A stretch of DNA of 24,000 bases, taken from Arachnia sp. (GTDB taxonomy: Bacteria; Actinomycetota; Actinomycetes; Propionibacteriales; Propionibacteriaceae). The first letter of the stretch is position 1. Each line of letters opens with the position of its first letter. The notes beneath the pieces are model-generated. The model ran no database searches and was not told where the DNA came from. It was given only the letters and a program-made list of their open reading frames with translations. Positions 1 through 7,670 of the stretch are shown piece after piece. The stretch lies in the NCBI GenBank assembly GCA_047972985.1, contig JBKEBG010000115.1, positions 1 through 24,000 on the forward strand, given 5' to 3'. The position numbers and the translations under genes are program-made.

Positions 1-1
1 T

Positions 2-73
2 CCTCAGCGCAAGCGCCGCGATCATCTGGCCGACTCGTCCGTGCAGCAGTGTAGCGCCGCCACGGCGGGGTAA
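2..73 (+). CDS. 3' end of an upstream CDS (partial, product unknown)
   Basis: Frame 2 is open from the window edge to TAA at 71-73 (..PQRKRRDHLADSSVQQCSAATAG*). It has G/C at most third codon positions, better than the other frames over this short stretch. Too short to assign a family. Confidence 0.25.
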   Translation, partial: PQRKRRDHLADSSVQQCSAATAG

Positions 74-135
74 CGATTCGATCTCGTTGGGCTGTGCCGT
101 CAACCCACGCCGCGGGATCAAGCGTTGGATGAGAC

Positions 136-1164
136 ATGACCAAGCACACACGAGTGGTACCAAGCAAGCAATCTCCGCGCGGCGCACGACTTCTGTGGCT
201 GCTGCTCACGCCGCTGCTGGCGCTGGCGATGCTGGGATGCAGTGCGCAAGGCGATTCGGCCCAGGATATTCCCTTCCCGAGGAACGACCCACAGGTCGGG
301 GACATTCCCGAGCAGGTTCCCGAGGAGGAGCCAGCCGATTCCGAGACCGACGACGGCACCCGCTACGTGGTGCGCTCCGGCATGATCACCGTCCGGGTCA
401 AGGACGTGACTGCCGCCGCAGCACAGTTACGCACCCTCGCCCATTCCCACGATGGGCTTGTCACCAATGAGTACATCTCCACCGGCGAAATTCACAAGAG
501 CTCATTCGTGGAGCTTTCCATCCCGTCGCAGGAACTGGATACGATCATGGACGCCGCAGCCGAGGTGGGCGAACTCGAGTCTCGTTCCATCGTCGCCGAG
601 GACGTGACCGGCAACGTGGTTGACCTCGAATCCAGGATCCAGACGCTACGGGATTCGATCCAGCGGCTGCGTGGGCTCATGGAGCAATCCGGCTCGGTCG
701 GTGACATCGCCAAGGTCGAGGCCGAGCTCACCGCACGACAGTCGGAGCTCGAGGCGTTGCTGGCGCAGCAGAAGTACCTCCAGCAAAGCGTCGAACAGGC
801 AACAGTGAGTGTCACGCTGCTGGGCCCCAGCGAGGTCGCCACCCCCAATCCTATCCTTGAGGGCTTGCAGTCCGGCTGGAGCGCCCTCCTGACGTCGATC
901 TCGATGGTTCTGACGCTGGCGGGTGGTCTGCTGCCATTCCTTCTCCTTGCAGCCCTGGTCGCGATTCCGCTGTGGCTGCGGTGGAAGAAGGCAGCCCCGG
1001 CCCGCGCGGCCAAGGCGGAGCAGCAGGCAGCCAGGATCGCAGCCCAGCAGCAAGCCCACGGGATGTGGCGCTCCACCCCAGCACCCGCATCGGCCGAACC
1101 CTCGCCGCGGCCCGCCGAGTCACAACCCGCCGAGCCGCAGCCCTCAGCCGAGGATGACGCGTGA
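136..1164 (+). CDS. DUF4349 domain-containing membrane-anchored (lipo)protein
   Basis: 342-aa ORF. N-terminal signal peptide ends in a lipobox-like LAMLGC. The central region (YVVRSGMITVRVKDV..AEDVTGNVVDLESRIQTLRDSIQRLRGLME..ELTARQSELEAL) fits the DUF4349 pattern as I remember it. A C-terminal TM helix (LLPFLLLAALVAIPLWL) is followed by an A/Q/P/E-rich tail. Confidence 0.85.
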   Translation: MTKHTRVVPSKQSPRGARLLWLLLTPLLALAMLGCSAQGDSAQDIPFPRNDPQVGDIPEQVPEEEPADSETDDGTRYVVRSGMITVRVKDVTAAAAQLRTLAHSHDGLVTNEYISTGEIHKSSFVELSIPSQELDTIMDAAAEVGELESRSIVAEDVTGNVVDLESRIQTLRDSIQRLRGLMEQSGSVGDIAKVEAELTARQSELEALLAQQKYLQQSVEQATVSVTLLGPSEVATPNPILEGLQSGWSALLTSISMVLTLAGGLLPFLLLAALVAIPLWLRWKKAAPARAAKAEQQAARIAAQQQAHGMWRSTPAPASAEPSPRPAESQPAEPQPSAEDDA

Positions 1165-1232
1165 GGTCTCGTCACAGGCTGCCCAGGTTCGCTGGCTTCC
1201 ATCGCTGACCAGCAACCAACCAGCCGGGACCG

Positions 1233-2672
1233 CTAGGTCGCCGAGGAGAAGTGCAGCTGACCCGCGTGCGTATCGACTTGGTCGAGGCGCACGCGGATCA
1301 CGCTGCCGAGGTCGCGCCGGTCGGCCGGCATTCGGGCCTCGACAGCCGGCTCGGCGATCTGGAAGGTTCCCAGGCCCGTCTTGGGGTTGACGTCGATGAG
1401 CACTGCTTCGAAGGTCTCCCCCACCCGGCCCGCCAGCACCAGACATTCAGCGAGGTCGACCACGCCGCGCTCGTAGCCGTTGGCGGCCCGGCCGGATTCG
1501 GCCATTTCCTGGGGAAGTTCCGGCAGCGCCCGGCGAGCCCAAGCAGGCACCTGGAGGGAGTTGGCCAGGCTGTGGCAGATCTCCAGCACATAGCGGTCCA
1601 CCAGGCGCCGCAGCGGAGCTGTGGTGTGGGCATACCGGCTCGCGAGCGCGGAGTGGATGAGACTTCCCGGCGGCATCTCAGCGTCGAAGGCCTGATACCC
1701 GGCGCCCCGGAACAGCAGCGTGCACTTGGCCAGGACCGCCAGCTGCGCGGGCCGGGCCGGATCCAAACCCCGCACGAAATCCGGGTAGCTCACCCCCGAG
1801 GGCCAGTCGACCCCAAGGCTACGGGCGGCGCGTCGCAGCCGGTCAATGGCCGAATCCTCCGCGGCCGGCAGGGTGCGGATGATCCCGACCTTGCCCGCGA
1901 CCATGAGCTCGGCCGCGGCGATACCGGTCATGAGTGATATCTGGGCGTTCCAGTCCTCGGCAGGAACCACGCTGCGGAACCGGGTGCGCCATCCGTGGCT
2001 GGTGGCGACGATCTCCTGATCTGGCAGGTTGAGGCTGATGCCGCCGCGCTCGATCTCGATCTGTCTGCGAAGCTCGCCGACGCGACGCAATAGGGCGAGC
2101 GTTTCGGGTGCCCGCCCAGCATCGACGTCGGCCTGCACCTGTTGGTAGGAAAGCTGGGCGCGGTTGGTGACCAGCGCGCGCTGCAGCGTGGTCGAGCCGA
2201 CGTGCCCGTCGGCATCAAGCCGGTGGGTCCACACGAGCGCCGGGCGGGGCCGTCGGTCGGCAAGCAGCGACGCCGCCCCCTCGCTCAGCGCCGCCGGGTG
2301 GAGCGGGAGCCGGGCCCCGGGCGCGTACATGGTTTGCCCCCGGCGGTGGGCTTCCCGATCGATCGGAGATCCGGGCTCCACCCACGCCGCGACGTCGGCG
2401 ATGGCGTATCGCACCCGATACCCGTGGCCGTCGCGCTCAATGTGCAGGGCCTGGTCAAGGTCCATCGAGCCGGGCGGATCGACGGTAACGAAACCAACAT
2501 CTGTCAGGTCGGCGTGCTCCGGAAACGACATCGGCTCGGCGGCGATCCGCTCGGCCTGGGCAGTGACATCGGCCGGGAACTCGGTACGCAGCCCAAGGCG
2601 CTGCTGTAACCCTCGCAGCCCGTCGGCGATCTCGGCCAGAACCTCCGACCCGACTACGTGGCGCGCGGGCAT
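1233..2672 (-). CDS. RNB domain-containing exoribonuclease (RNase II/R superfamily, short N-terminus, C-terminal S1-like domain)
   Basis: RNB motif I, TVDPPGSMDLDQAL..AIADVAAWV, aligns with E. coli RNase II TIDSASTEDMDDAL..AIADPTAWI. Motif IV-like YAHTTAPLRRLVDRY aligns with YATWTSPIRKYGD. The preferred start is the ATG at 2672 (MPARHVV), which overlaps the upstream gene's TGA by 1 nt (TGATG). The ORF track's longer start at 2714 would sit inside the upstream gene. Confidence 0.9.
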   Translation of the reverse strand: MPARHVVGSEVLAEIADGLRGLQQRLGLRTEFPADVTAQAERIAAEPMSFPEHADLTDVGFVTVDPPGSMDLDQALHIERDGHGYRVRYAIADVAAWVEPGSPIDREAHRRGQTMYAPGARLPLHPAALSEGAASLLADRRPRPALVWTHRLDADGHVGSTTLQRALVTNRAQLSYQQVQADVDAGRAPETLALLRRVGELRRQIEIERGGISLNLPDQEIVATSHGWRTRFRSVVPAEDWNAQISLMTGIAAAELMVAGKVGIIRTLPAAEDSAIDRLRRAARSLGVDWPSGVSYPDFVRGLDPARPAQLAVLAKCTLLFRGAGYQAFDAEMPPGSLIHSALASRYAHTTAPLRRLVDRYVLEICHSLANSLQVPAWARRALPELPQEMAESGRAANGYERGVVDLAECLVLAGRVGETFEAVLIDVNPKTGLGTFQIAEPAVEARMPADRRDLGSVIRVRLDQVDTHAGQLHFSSAT

Positions 2673-3412
2673 CAGGCCTGCGTCGGGCCGGTCCGCACCA
2701 GGATCCTGTCGCACTCGACGCAGCGCAGCACCTCGTTGACCGGTGCCTTGCGGTAGGCGTCGAGATCGGCCAGGGTCAGTTCGAGCTGGCAGCCAGTGCA
2801 GCGGCCCGCCTTGAGTACCGCCGCACCCATCCCCGTGTGGGAGCGAAGCCGTTCGTACAGCTTGAGCAACGCCTCGGGCTCTTGTTTGGCGGTCGCGGCG
2901 CGGGTCTGGGCTACGTCCCGGGCCTCGGCCTTGAGCTCGGCAACCCGCGCATCGCGGGCCGCTACCTGCTCGCGCAGCGTCGCCTCGATCTCATCGCGCC
3001 GCGCGGCGAGTTCGGTGTGCTCCGCCTGAGCCTGCTCCAGCTGACCCATGACCTCCAGCTCGGCATCTTCCAGCTCGACGATACGGGACTTGATGCGTTC
3101 GATCTCGGTGAGCAGCTCCTGGAGTGTCTTGGGATCAGTGATGGATCCGTCGCCCGCGCGCTGCTCATCACGCCCCAGCCGGGCCCGGACCGGCACCAGA
3201 TCGCTCTCGGCGCGGCTCACCGCCACGCCCAGGTCGTCGACGCGGGTCGAGACGGCAACCAGCTCGTCAGCCACGCGCTCCCGCTCGGCCATTCGCTCCG
3301 CGATCACCGCGTGCTCGGGAAGCGTCCGGGCCGTGTGCTGCAGCCTGCTCAACTCGGAGTCGAGATCGGCCAGGGTGAGGAGTCGCCGTTGATCGACGGG
3401 GTCCGCGTGCAT
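2672..3412 (-). CDS. C4-type zinc-ribbon / coiled-coil hairpin protein (COG1579, DUF164; HP0958/CT398-like)
   Basis: Long heptad-like E/R/A/L-rich coiled-coil region followed by a C-terminal CTGC..(22 aa)..CVEC zinc ribbon (GRCTGCQLELT..LRCVECDRILVRT). Start is either ATG 3412 (MHADPVDQRRLL) or GTG 3421. ATG 3412 lies 7 nt downstream of a TACAGT -10-like hexamer. Confidence 0.85.
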   Translation of the reverse strand: MHADPVDQRRLLTLADLDSELSRLQHTARTLPEHAVIAERMAERERVADELVAVSTRVDDLGVAVSRAESDLVPVRARLGRDEQRAGDGSITDPKTLQELLTEIERIKSRIVELEDAELEVMGQLEQAQAEHTELAARRDEIEATLREQVAARDARVAELKAEARDVAQTRAATAKQEPEALLKLYERLRSHTGMGAAVLKAGRCTGCQLELTLADLDAYRKAPVNEVLRCVECDRILVRTGPTQA

Positions 3413-3419
3413 GTTCGGC

Positions 3420-3425
3420 ACTGTA
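3420..3425 (-). promoter_or_regulatory. -10-like hexamer TACAGT, 7 nt upstream of ATG 3412 (candidate leaderless promoter of the zinc-ribbon/RNB operon)
   Basis: Minus strand reads TACAGT-gccgaac-ATG with no Shine-Dalgarno in between. TANNNT is the actinobacterial -10 consensus. Sequence-only prediction. Confidence 0.35.
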
Positions 3426-3465
3426 ACAGGTGAGCGCCTTGCCGTTCAGGCATCCGGTCACGGCG

Positions 3466-3471
3466 TACCAT
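3466..3471 (+). promoter_or_regulatory. -10-like hexamer TACCAT, 7 nt upstream of ATG 3479 (candidate leaderless promoter of pepP)
   Basis: Reads TACCAT-ggcccgc-ATG. The hexamer overlaps the more upstream in-frame ATG at 3470, which argues that 3479 may be the real start. No SD is present. Confidence 0.3.
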
Positions 3472-4918
3472 GGCCCGCATGGCCGCCTCAGACACCACTC
3501 GCGATGACAACCGGCGCACCCCGTATTCCGAGGCCTTCCGCCGGTTCATCGTCGACGGCTGGAATGATGACCCGGGCGAACTGCCCGAGCCGCTCCCCGC
3601 GGCGCAGTGGGCCCCGGCCCGCCGGAACCAGCTCAGCGCTTGGTTTCCCGAGGAAACCCTCATCATCCCGGCAGGTGCCTTCAAGGTCCGCTCCAATGAC
3701 ACCGATTACAGGTTCCGACCCCACACTGCTTTCGCCTGGCTCAGCGGGCTAGGCACCGACCGTGAACCGGACTCGGTCATGGTGATCAGCCCCGGCGGCA
3801 AGGCCACATTGTTCTACCGGCCGCGGGCTGCGCGCACCGATGAGGAGTTCTACGCCTCGCCACGTTACGGCGAGATGTGGGTCGGTCACCGGGACTCGCT
3901 GCAAGAGATGAGCGCCCGCAGTGGCGTCGACTGCCAGGACCTGCGTGAACTCGATGCCGCGCTCACCCAGGCAGCATCGCTGCTTGTGGTGCGCGACGCG
4001 GATCCGTCAGTGACAGCCCGGGTGGACCAGGCCCGGGGTGGTCTGGACGACCGCGACGAGGAGCTGGCGGTGGCGATCTCCGAGCTGCGCATGGTCAAGG
4101 ACGAGTTCGAAATCGACCAATTGCGCAGCGCGTGCCAGGCCACAGCCGTCGGATTCGCCGCCGTCGCGAACCAGCTACCGACGGCACTGGCCGCCGGGCG
4201 AGGGGAACGCTGGGTCGAGGGGATCTTCGGGCTCCACGCCCGCCATCTCGGCAACGCTGTGGGCTATGACTCGATCTGCGCCGGCGGCGATCACGCCAAC
4301 ACGCTGCACTGGATCCGCAACGACGGCGATCTGCTGCCCGAGGACCTGCTCCTGCTTGATGCCGGGGTGGAGCTCGATTCGCTCTATACCGCCGACGTGA
4401 CCCGCACCCTTCCGATATCCGGCCGGTTCACCGGGCCGCAGCGTCGAGTCTATGAGGCTGTGCTGGCGGCCCAGCAGGCCGGGATCGAGGCATGCCTGCC
4501 GGGTACATCATTCGCCGAGGTCCACATGGCTGCCATCAGTGTCCTGGCCGAGTTCTTCGCCGAGCTCGGCATCCTGCCCGGCACCGCGCAGGAGTCACTC
4601 GCCCCCGACGGCGGCTACCATCGGCGCTGGATGGTGCACGGCACCTCCCACCATCTGGGGATGGATGTCCACGATTGCGCCCAGGCCCGCAAGGAGCAGT
4701 ACCGCGAGGGTGTGTTGCGCGAGGGGATGGTCATCACAGTCGAGCCCGGCATCTACTTCAAGCGCTCCGATGTGCTGGTGCCGGAGGAATACCGAGGCAT
4801 CGGTATCCGGATCGAGGACGACATCCTCATCACCGCCGACGGCCCGGAAAATCTCTCGGCGATGCTGCCCCGTGACCCCGACGACGTCGAAGCCTGGCTG
4901 GCTCGCTGCCAGTCCTGA
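3470..4918 (+). CDS. pepP: Xaa-Pro aminopeptidase (aminopeptidase P family, M24B)
   Basis: 482-aa ORF. N-terminal AMP_N-like region (NDTDYRFRPHTAFAWLSGLG) and a C-terminal pita-bread fold with metal ligands in LLLDAGVELDSLYTADVTRT, HGTSHHLGMDVHD and GIGIRIEDD. An alternative start at 3479 is possible. Confidence 0.9.
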   Translation: MARMAASDTTRDDNRRTPYSEAFRRFIVDGWNDDPGELPEPLPAAQWAPARRNQLSAWFPEETLIIPAGAFKVRSNDTDYRFRPHTAFAWLSGLGTDREPDSVMVISPGGKATLFYRPRAARTDEEFYASPRYGEMWVGHRDSLQEMSARSGVDCQDLRELDAALTQAASLLVVRDADPSVTARVDQARGGLDDRDEELAVAISELRMVKDEFEIDQLRSACQATAVGFAAVANQLPTALAAGRGERWVEGIFGLHARHLGNAVGYDSICAGGDHANTLHWIRNDGDLLPEDLLLLDAGVELDSLYTADVTRTLPISGRFTGPQRRVYEAVLAAQQAGIEACLPGTSFAEVHMAAISVLAEFFAELGILPGTAQESLAPDGGYHRRWMVHGTSHHLGMDVHDCAQARKEQYREGVLREGMVITVEPGIYFKRSDVLVPEEYRGIGIRIEDDILITADGPENLSAMLPRDPDDVEAWLARCQS

Positions 4919-4926
4919 GGATCGGG

Positions 4927-5370
4927 TCAGCGGCCACCGGCGGCGGTGCGTACCAACTGGCGCAGCCGCTGCTCCACCTGCGTGGTCCACTCCACGACAG
5001 CGAATGACGTGGCCCACATGGCACCGTCGTCCAGGTGGGCGTCCTCGCTGAAACCAACGTTGCCGTAGCGGGTTCCGAACTTGGCCGCGGGTTGGTAGAA
5101 CACCACCACCTTCCCGTCCCGGGCATAGGAGGGGAAGCCGTACCAGGTCTTGGGATCCAGCCCGGAGGCCTCCTCGGCGGCGATGACGTGGAGCCGCTGC
5201 GCAATGAGCTGATCGAGGCCCTCCAACGCATCGATGGCCGCCAGGCAGGCCTGAAGTTCCTTCGCCTTCTTCGCCGCGCCCTTGACGCCCTTGTTGGCCT
5301 GGAGTTCCTCGGCGCGCTGGCGCATCGCGGCGCGCTCGGCTTCGCTGAATCCTGCTGCATCCGTGCTCAT
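4927..5370 (-). CDS. DUF1801 (YdhG-like) domain-containing protein
   Basis: MSTDAAGFSEAERAAMRQRAEELQANKG..WYGFPSYARDGKVVVFYQPAAKF resembles the small YdhG/DUF1801 family. Start ATG 5370 is preferred. A GTG at 5406 directly abutting the coaBC stop is an alternative. Confidence 0.7.
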   Translation of the reverse strand: MSTDAAGFSEAERAAMRQRAEELQANKGVKGAAKKAKELQACLAAIDALEGLDQLIAQRLHVIAAEEASGLDPKTWYGFPSYARDGKVVVFYQPAAKFGTRYGNVGFSEDAHLDDGAMWATSFAVVEWTTQVEQRLRQLVRTAAGGR

Positions 5371-5406
5371 GGCGATGAGTAAACCACCACGCGGCCGTGG
5401 CCGCAC

Positions 5407-6609
5407 TCAGCTCGCACCGCGGACCGCCAGGATCGCATCGAGCAGCCCGTCGGCGACGTCGCGCTTGGAACCGGCGATGTCAGCTACCACCGCGCCACCG
5501 GTGCCGAGCACCAGGATGTGATTATCGGGCACCTCGAAGCCTCGGTCCCAGCCCACCTGATTCACCGCCAGCAGCTCGACTGCCTTGCGTTGCAACTTGC
5601 GGTGGCCACGTTCCAGGACTTCCTCGGCGGTGCCGGTCTCGGCCGCGAAGCCAACGACGGTTTGTCCCGGACGCCGGGCCGCGGCCAGGCCTGCCAGGAT
5701 GTCGGGATTCTCGACCAGGGCGAGGCTGCCGATGCCGCCCGATTCCTTGGTCAGCTTCGCCTCAGCTATCTCGGCGATCCGGAAGTCGGCGACCGCCGCC
5801 GCCATCACGATGACATCGGCGCGGGCCGCGAAGCCTCGCATCACATCACCGAGCTCAAGCGCGGACCCTGCGGTGACCACCTCCACTGGCCCGGCCTCAG
5901 CCAGGATCGCGGCCTCGACATTCGCCGCGGCCAGCAGCACGCTCGCCCCGCGCTCGACGGCGGCCCGGGCCAGGGCCACTCCTTGACGTCCGCTGGAGCG
6001 ATTACCCAGAAAGCGCACGGGGTCGATCGGTTCACGGGTTCCTCCGGCCGAGACCGCGATCCTCAGCCCCGCTAGGTCCTGGCGCCGCCCCAGCAGCCGG
6101 GTCACCGCGTCGTGAATCTGGTTGGGCTCGCTCATCCGGCCGGGCCCAGAGTCCCCTCCGGTGAGCGGCCCATCGGCCGGGCCCACCACGTGGACCCCGC
6201 GCGAGCGCAGCGTCGAAACATTGGCCACCGTGGCCGGATGCTGCCACATTTCGGTGTGCATGGCGGGGGCCACCAGCACCGGCGCCTTCGTGGCCAGCAG
6301 CGTCGTGCCGAGCAGATCTGAGGCCAGGCCCGCCGCCATCCTCGCCAGGGAGTCCGCAGTGGCCGGGGCCACCACCACGAGGTCCGCCCGCTGGCCCAGC
6401 GCCACGTGCCGCACCTGCGGCACGTCCTCGTGCACCGACGTTGTCACGGGGTTGCGGCTGATCGCCTCCCACGTCGGCCGCCCCACGAAACGCAGCGCAT
6501 CCTCGGTGGGCACCACGTGCACATCGTGACCGTCTGCTATCAACAGCCGCACCAGTGACACTGTCTTGTAGGCGGCGATCCCGCCGGTGACACCCACCAC
6601 TATGACCAT
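5407..6609 (-). CDS. coaBC: bifunctional phosphopantothenoylcysteine decarboxylase / phosphopantothenate-cysteine ligase
   Basis: N-terminal flavoprotein domain (VIVVGVTGGIAAYKTVSLVRLL..PAMHTEMWQHPAT) plus a C-terminal DFP/CoaB domain (ISAGGTREPIDPVRFLGNRSSGRQG..MAAAVADFR). Start MVIVVG at 6609 is preferred over the ORF-track start at 6675, which would overlap the divergent neighbour. Confidence 0.95.
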   Translation of the reverse strand: MVIVVGVTGGIAAYKTVSLVRLLIADGHDVHVVPTEDALRFVGRPTWEAISRNPVTTSVHEDVPQVRHVALGQRADLVVVAPATADSLARMAAGLASDLLGTTLLATKAPVLVAPAMHTEMWQHPATVANVSTLRSRGVHVVGPADGPLTGGDSGPGRMSEPNQIHDAVTRLLGRRQDLAGLRIAVSAGGTREPIDPVRFLGNRSSGRQGVALARAAVERGASVLLAAANVEAAILAEAGPVEVVTAGSALELGDVMRGFAARADVIVMAAAVADFRIAEIAEAKLTKESGGIGSLALVENPDILAGLAAARRPGQTVVGFAAETGTAEEVLERGHRKLQRKAVELLAVNQVGWDRGFEVPDNHILVLGTGGAVVADIAGSKRDVADGLLDAILAVRGAS

Positions 6610-6628
6610 GCCTTCGATTGTGCCCGGG

Positions 6629-6634
6629 TACGCT
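6629..6634 (+). promoter_or_regulatory. -10-like hexamer TACGCT, 7 nt upstream of ATG 6642 (candidate leaderless promoter of the NRDE gene)
   Basis: Reads TACGCT-gccgaat-ATG with no SD. It lies inside the 32-bp gap between the divergent coaBC and NRDE start codons. Confidence 0.35.
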
Positions 6635-6641
6635 GCCGAAT

Positions 6642-7340
6642 ATGTGCACCGTGGTGTTACGGGTACCGGAGTCACCCTCCGGCGACATTCTGCTGTTGGC
6701 GGTGCGGGACGAGGATCCGGCCCGGCCCTGGCGCCCGTTGGGCGCCTGGTGGCCCGATCATCCCGGGGTGACGGGGATCCAGGATGAGCTCGCCGGTGGC
6801 GCCTGGCTGGCGCACACGGATCAGCGGGTTGCGGTGCTGCTCAACCGCGCCGGTGGCGCCGATATTGCCGCCCCTACGTCCAGGGGAGGGTTGGTACTGG
6901 GGGCGGTGACCGGGGCACGGCTTCCCGATCCCCTCACCACGCTGGGGTTCAACCTCGTGGAGGCGTCGTCTTCGGGGGCCCGGGTGACGTCGTGGGAGGG
7001 CGGCGCGCCCAGGGTGAGCGAGCTGACCCCCGGCACTCACATGATCGCCCACGATGACCTGGACGACCCTGGAACTGCGCGGGTCGCGGCCTGGCGCCAG
7101 CGCTTCGCCGATACGCCCACGTCAGGCCGGCCGTGGTGGTCCGGTTGGCTCGATGCCCTGGCCCAGACGACACGGGCGGTCGATCCCCGCGACGATCGGG
7201 CCATCATCCGGGACAACCGCCCGCACGGCTTTCCCACCCTGTCGCTGCTGGTGTGTCTGGTCAGCCTTGGCCCAGCTGGCCTCAGCGCCACCATGGCGAC
7301 CCTGGAGCGCCCCGGACATTGGAACTCGCTGGCTCTCTAG
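6642..7340 (+). CDS. NRDE family protein (TANGO2-like, PF05742-type)
   Basis: Begins MCTVVL.. (Met-Cys N-terminus typical of the family) followed by LLLAVRDEDPARPW, the family's (N)RDE motif. About 232 aa, the typical length. Confidence 0.85.
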   Translation: MCTVVLRVPESPSGDILLLAVRDEDPARPWRPLGAWWPDHPGVTGIQDELAGGAWLAHTDQRVAVLLNRAGGADIAAPTSRGGLVLGAVTGARLPDPLTTLGFNLVEASSSGARVTSWEGGAPRVSELTPGTHMIAHDDLDDPGTARVAAWRQRFADTPTSGRPWWSGWLDALAQTTRAVDPRDDRAIIRDNRPHGFPTLSLLVCLVSLGPAGLSATMATLERPGHWNSLAL

Positions 7341-7440
7341 ATCGCCGAGGCCCAGCCGCCGCCCATCGAGTCCCGGCCTGACTTGCCAGCAGCGGCCCAC
7401 TGGGCACCATCACAGCGGTCGGCGGCGGCACCTTCGCGAT

Positions 7441-7670
7441 GTGTTCATCCAGGAAATCCCGGCAGTGTTGACCAGCGACCTCTACGCCATCCCGCCCTGC
7501 TCGGGGCCTTCCCACTCGCCCTGCCCGACAGGCTTGAGCTTCCGCTGCTCGCGGCGGGAATCATGGCCGCCGGGAGCTGCTTCATCATTGGCATGCTGGG
7601 CGTCTGGCTCGACCTCAACGCCCCTGGCCCGCCGGAGCGATCCAACCACGAGCAGCCCTGCCTGCAGTGA
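7441..7670 (+). other. unassigned region with coding-like GC3 periodicity that changes frame (possible disrupted small membrane-protein gene)
   Basis: Frame 1 from GTG 7441 (VFIQEIPAVLTSDLYAIPP) has high GC3 up to about 7495. From about 7490 to the TGA at 7668-7670, frame 3 has very high GC3 and encodes a TM-like segment (LPLLAAGIMAAGSCFIIGMLGVWL). The only canonical frame-3 start after the low-GC3 part is ATG 7563, which gives 35 aa. No family recognised. Confidence 0.2.

Noticed and set aside
87-1202. ORFs 87..470 (+), 492..1202 (-), 646..1059 (-) and 923..1390 (+), all overlapping the DUF4349 gene
   Set aside because: All are alternative frames of the DUF4349 CDS, with Arg/Ser/Pro/Ala-rich nonsense composition. 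The DUF4349 frame has the signal peptide, the family-like core and the TM helix.
2142-3433. + strand ORFs 2142..2609, 2164..2739, 2837..3433 and 3048..3392
   Set aside because: They are antisense to the RNB and zinc-ribbon genes, whose frames carry diagnostic motifs. The compositions are typical of high-GC shadow ORFs.
6610-6675. Longer N-terminal extensions offered by the ORF track: coaBC from 6675, NRDE from 6618, hydrolase from 10203, response regulator from 15990, MFS from 17026, GbsR/MarR from 22387, RNB from 2714, DUF2207 from 12605
   Set aside because: The extensions have low GC3 and/or overlap the neighbouring gene or a palindrome. They also lack the family-typical N-terminus. Internal starts have SDs or the TANNNT leaderless signature and restore canonical N-termini (MVIVVGVTGG, MCTVV, MTRILIIEDE and others).
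7486-7500. Possible programmed -1 ribosomal frameshift joining frame 1 to frame 3 upstream of gnd
   Set aside because: There is no X XXY YYZ slippery heptamer at the junction (sequence gcc atc ccg ccc tgc), and I could find no obvious downstream pseudoknot or hairpin. An indel, a pseudogene or coincidence is more parsimonious.
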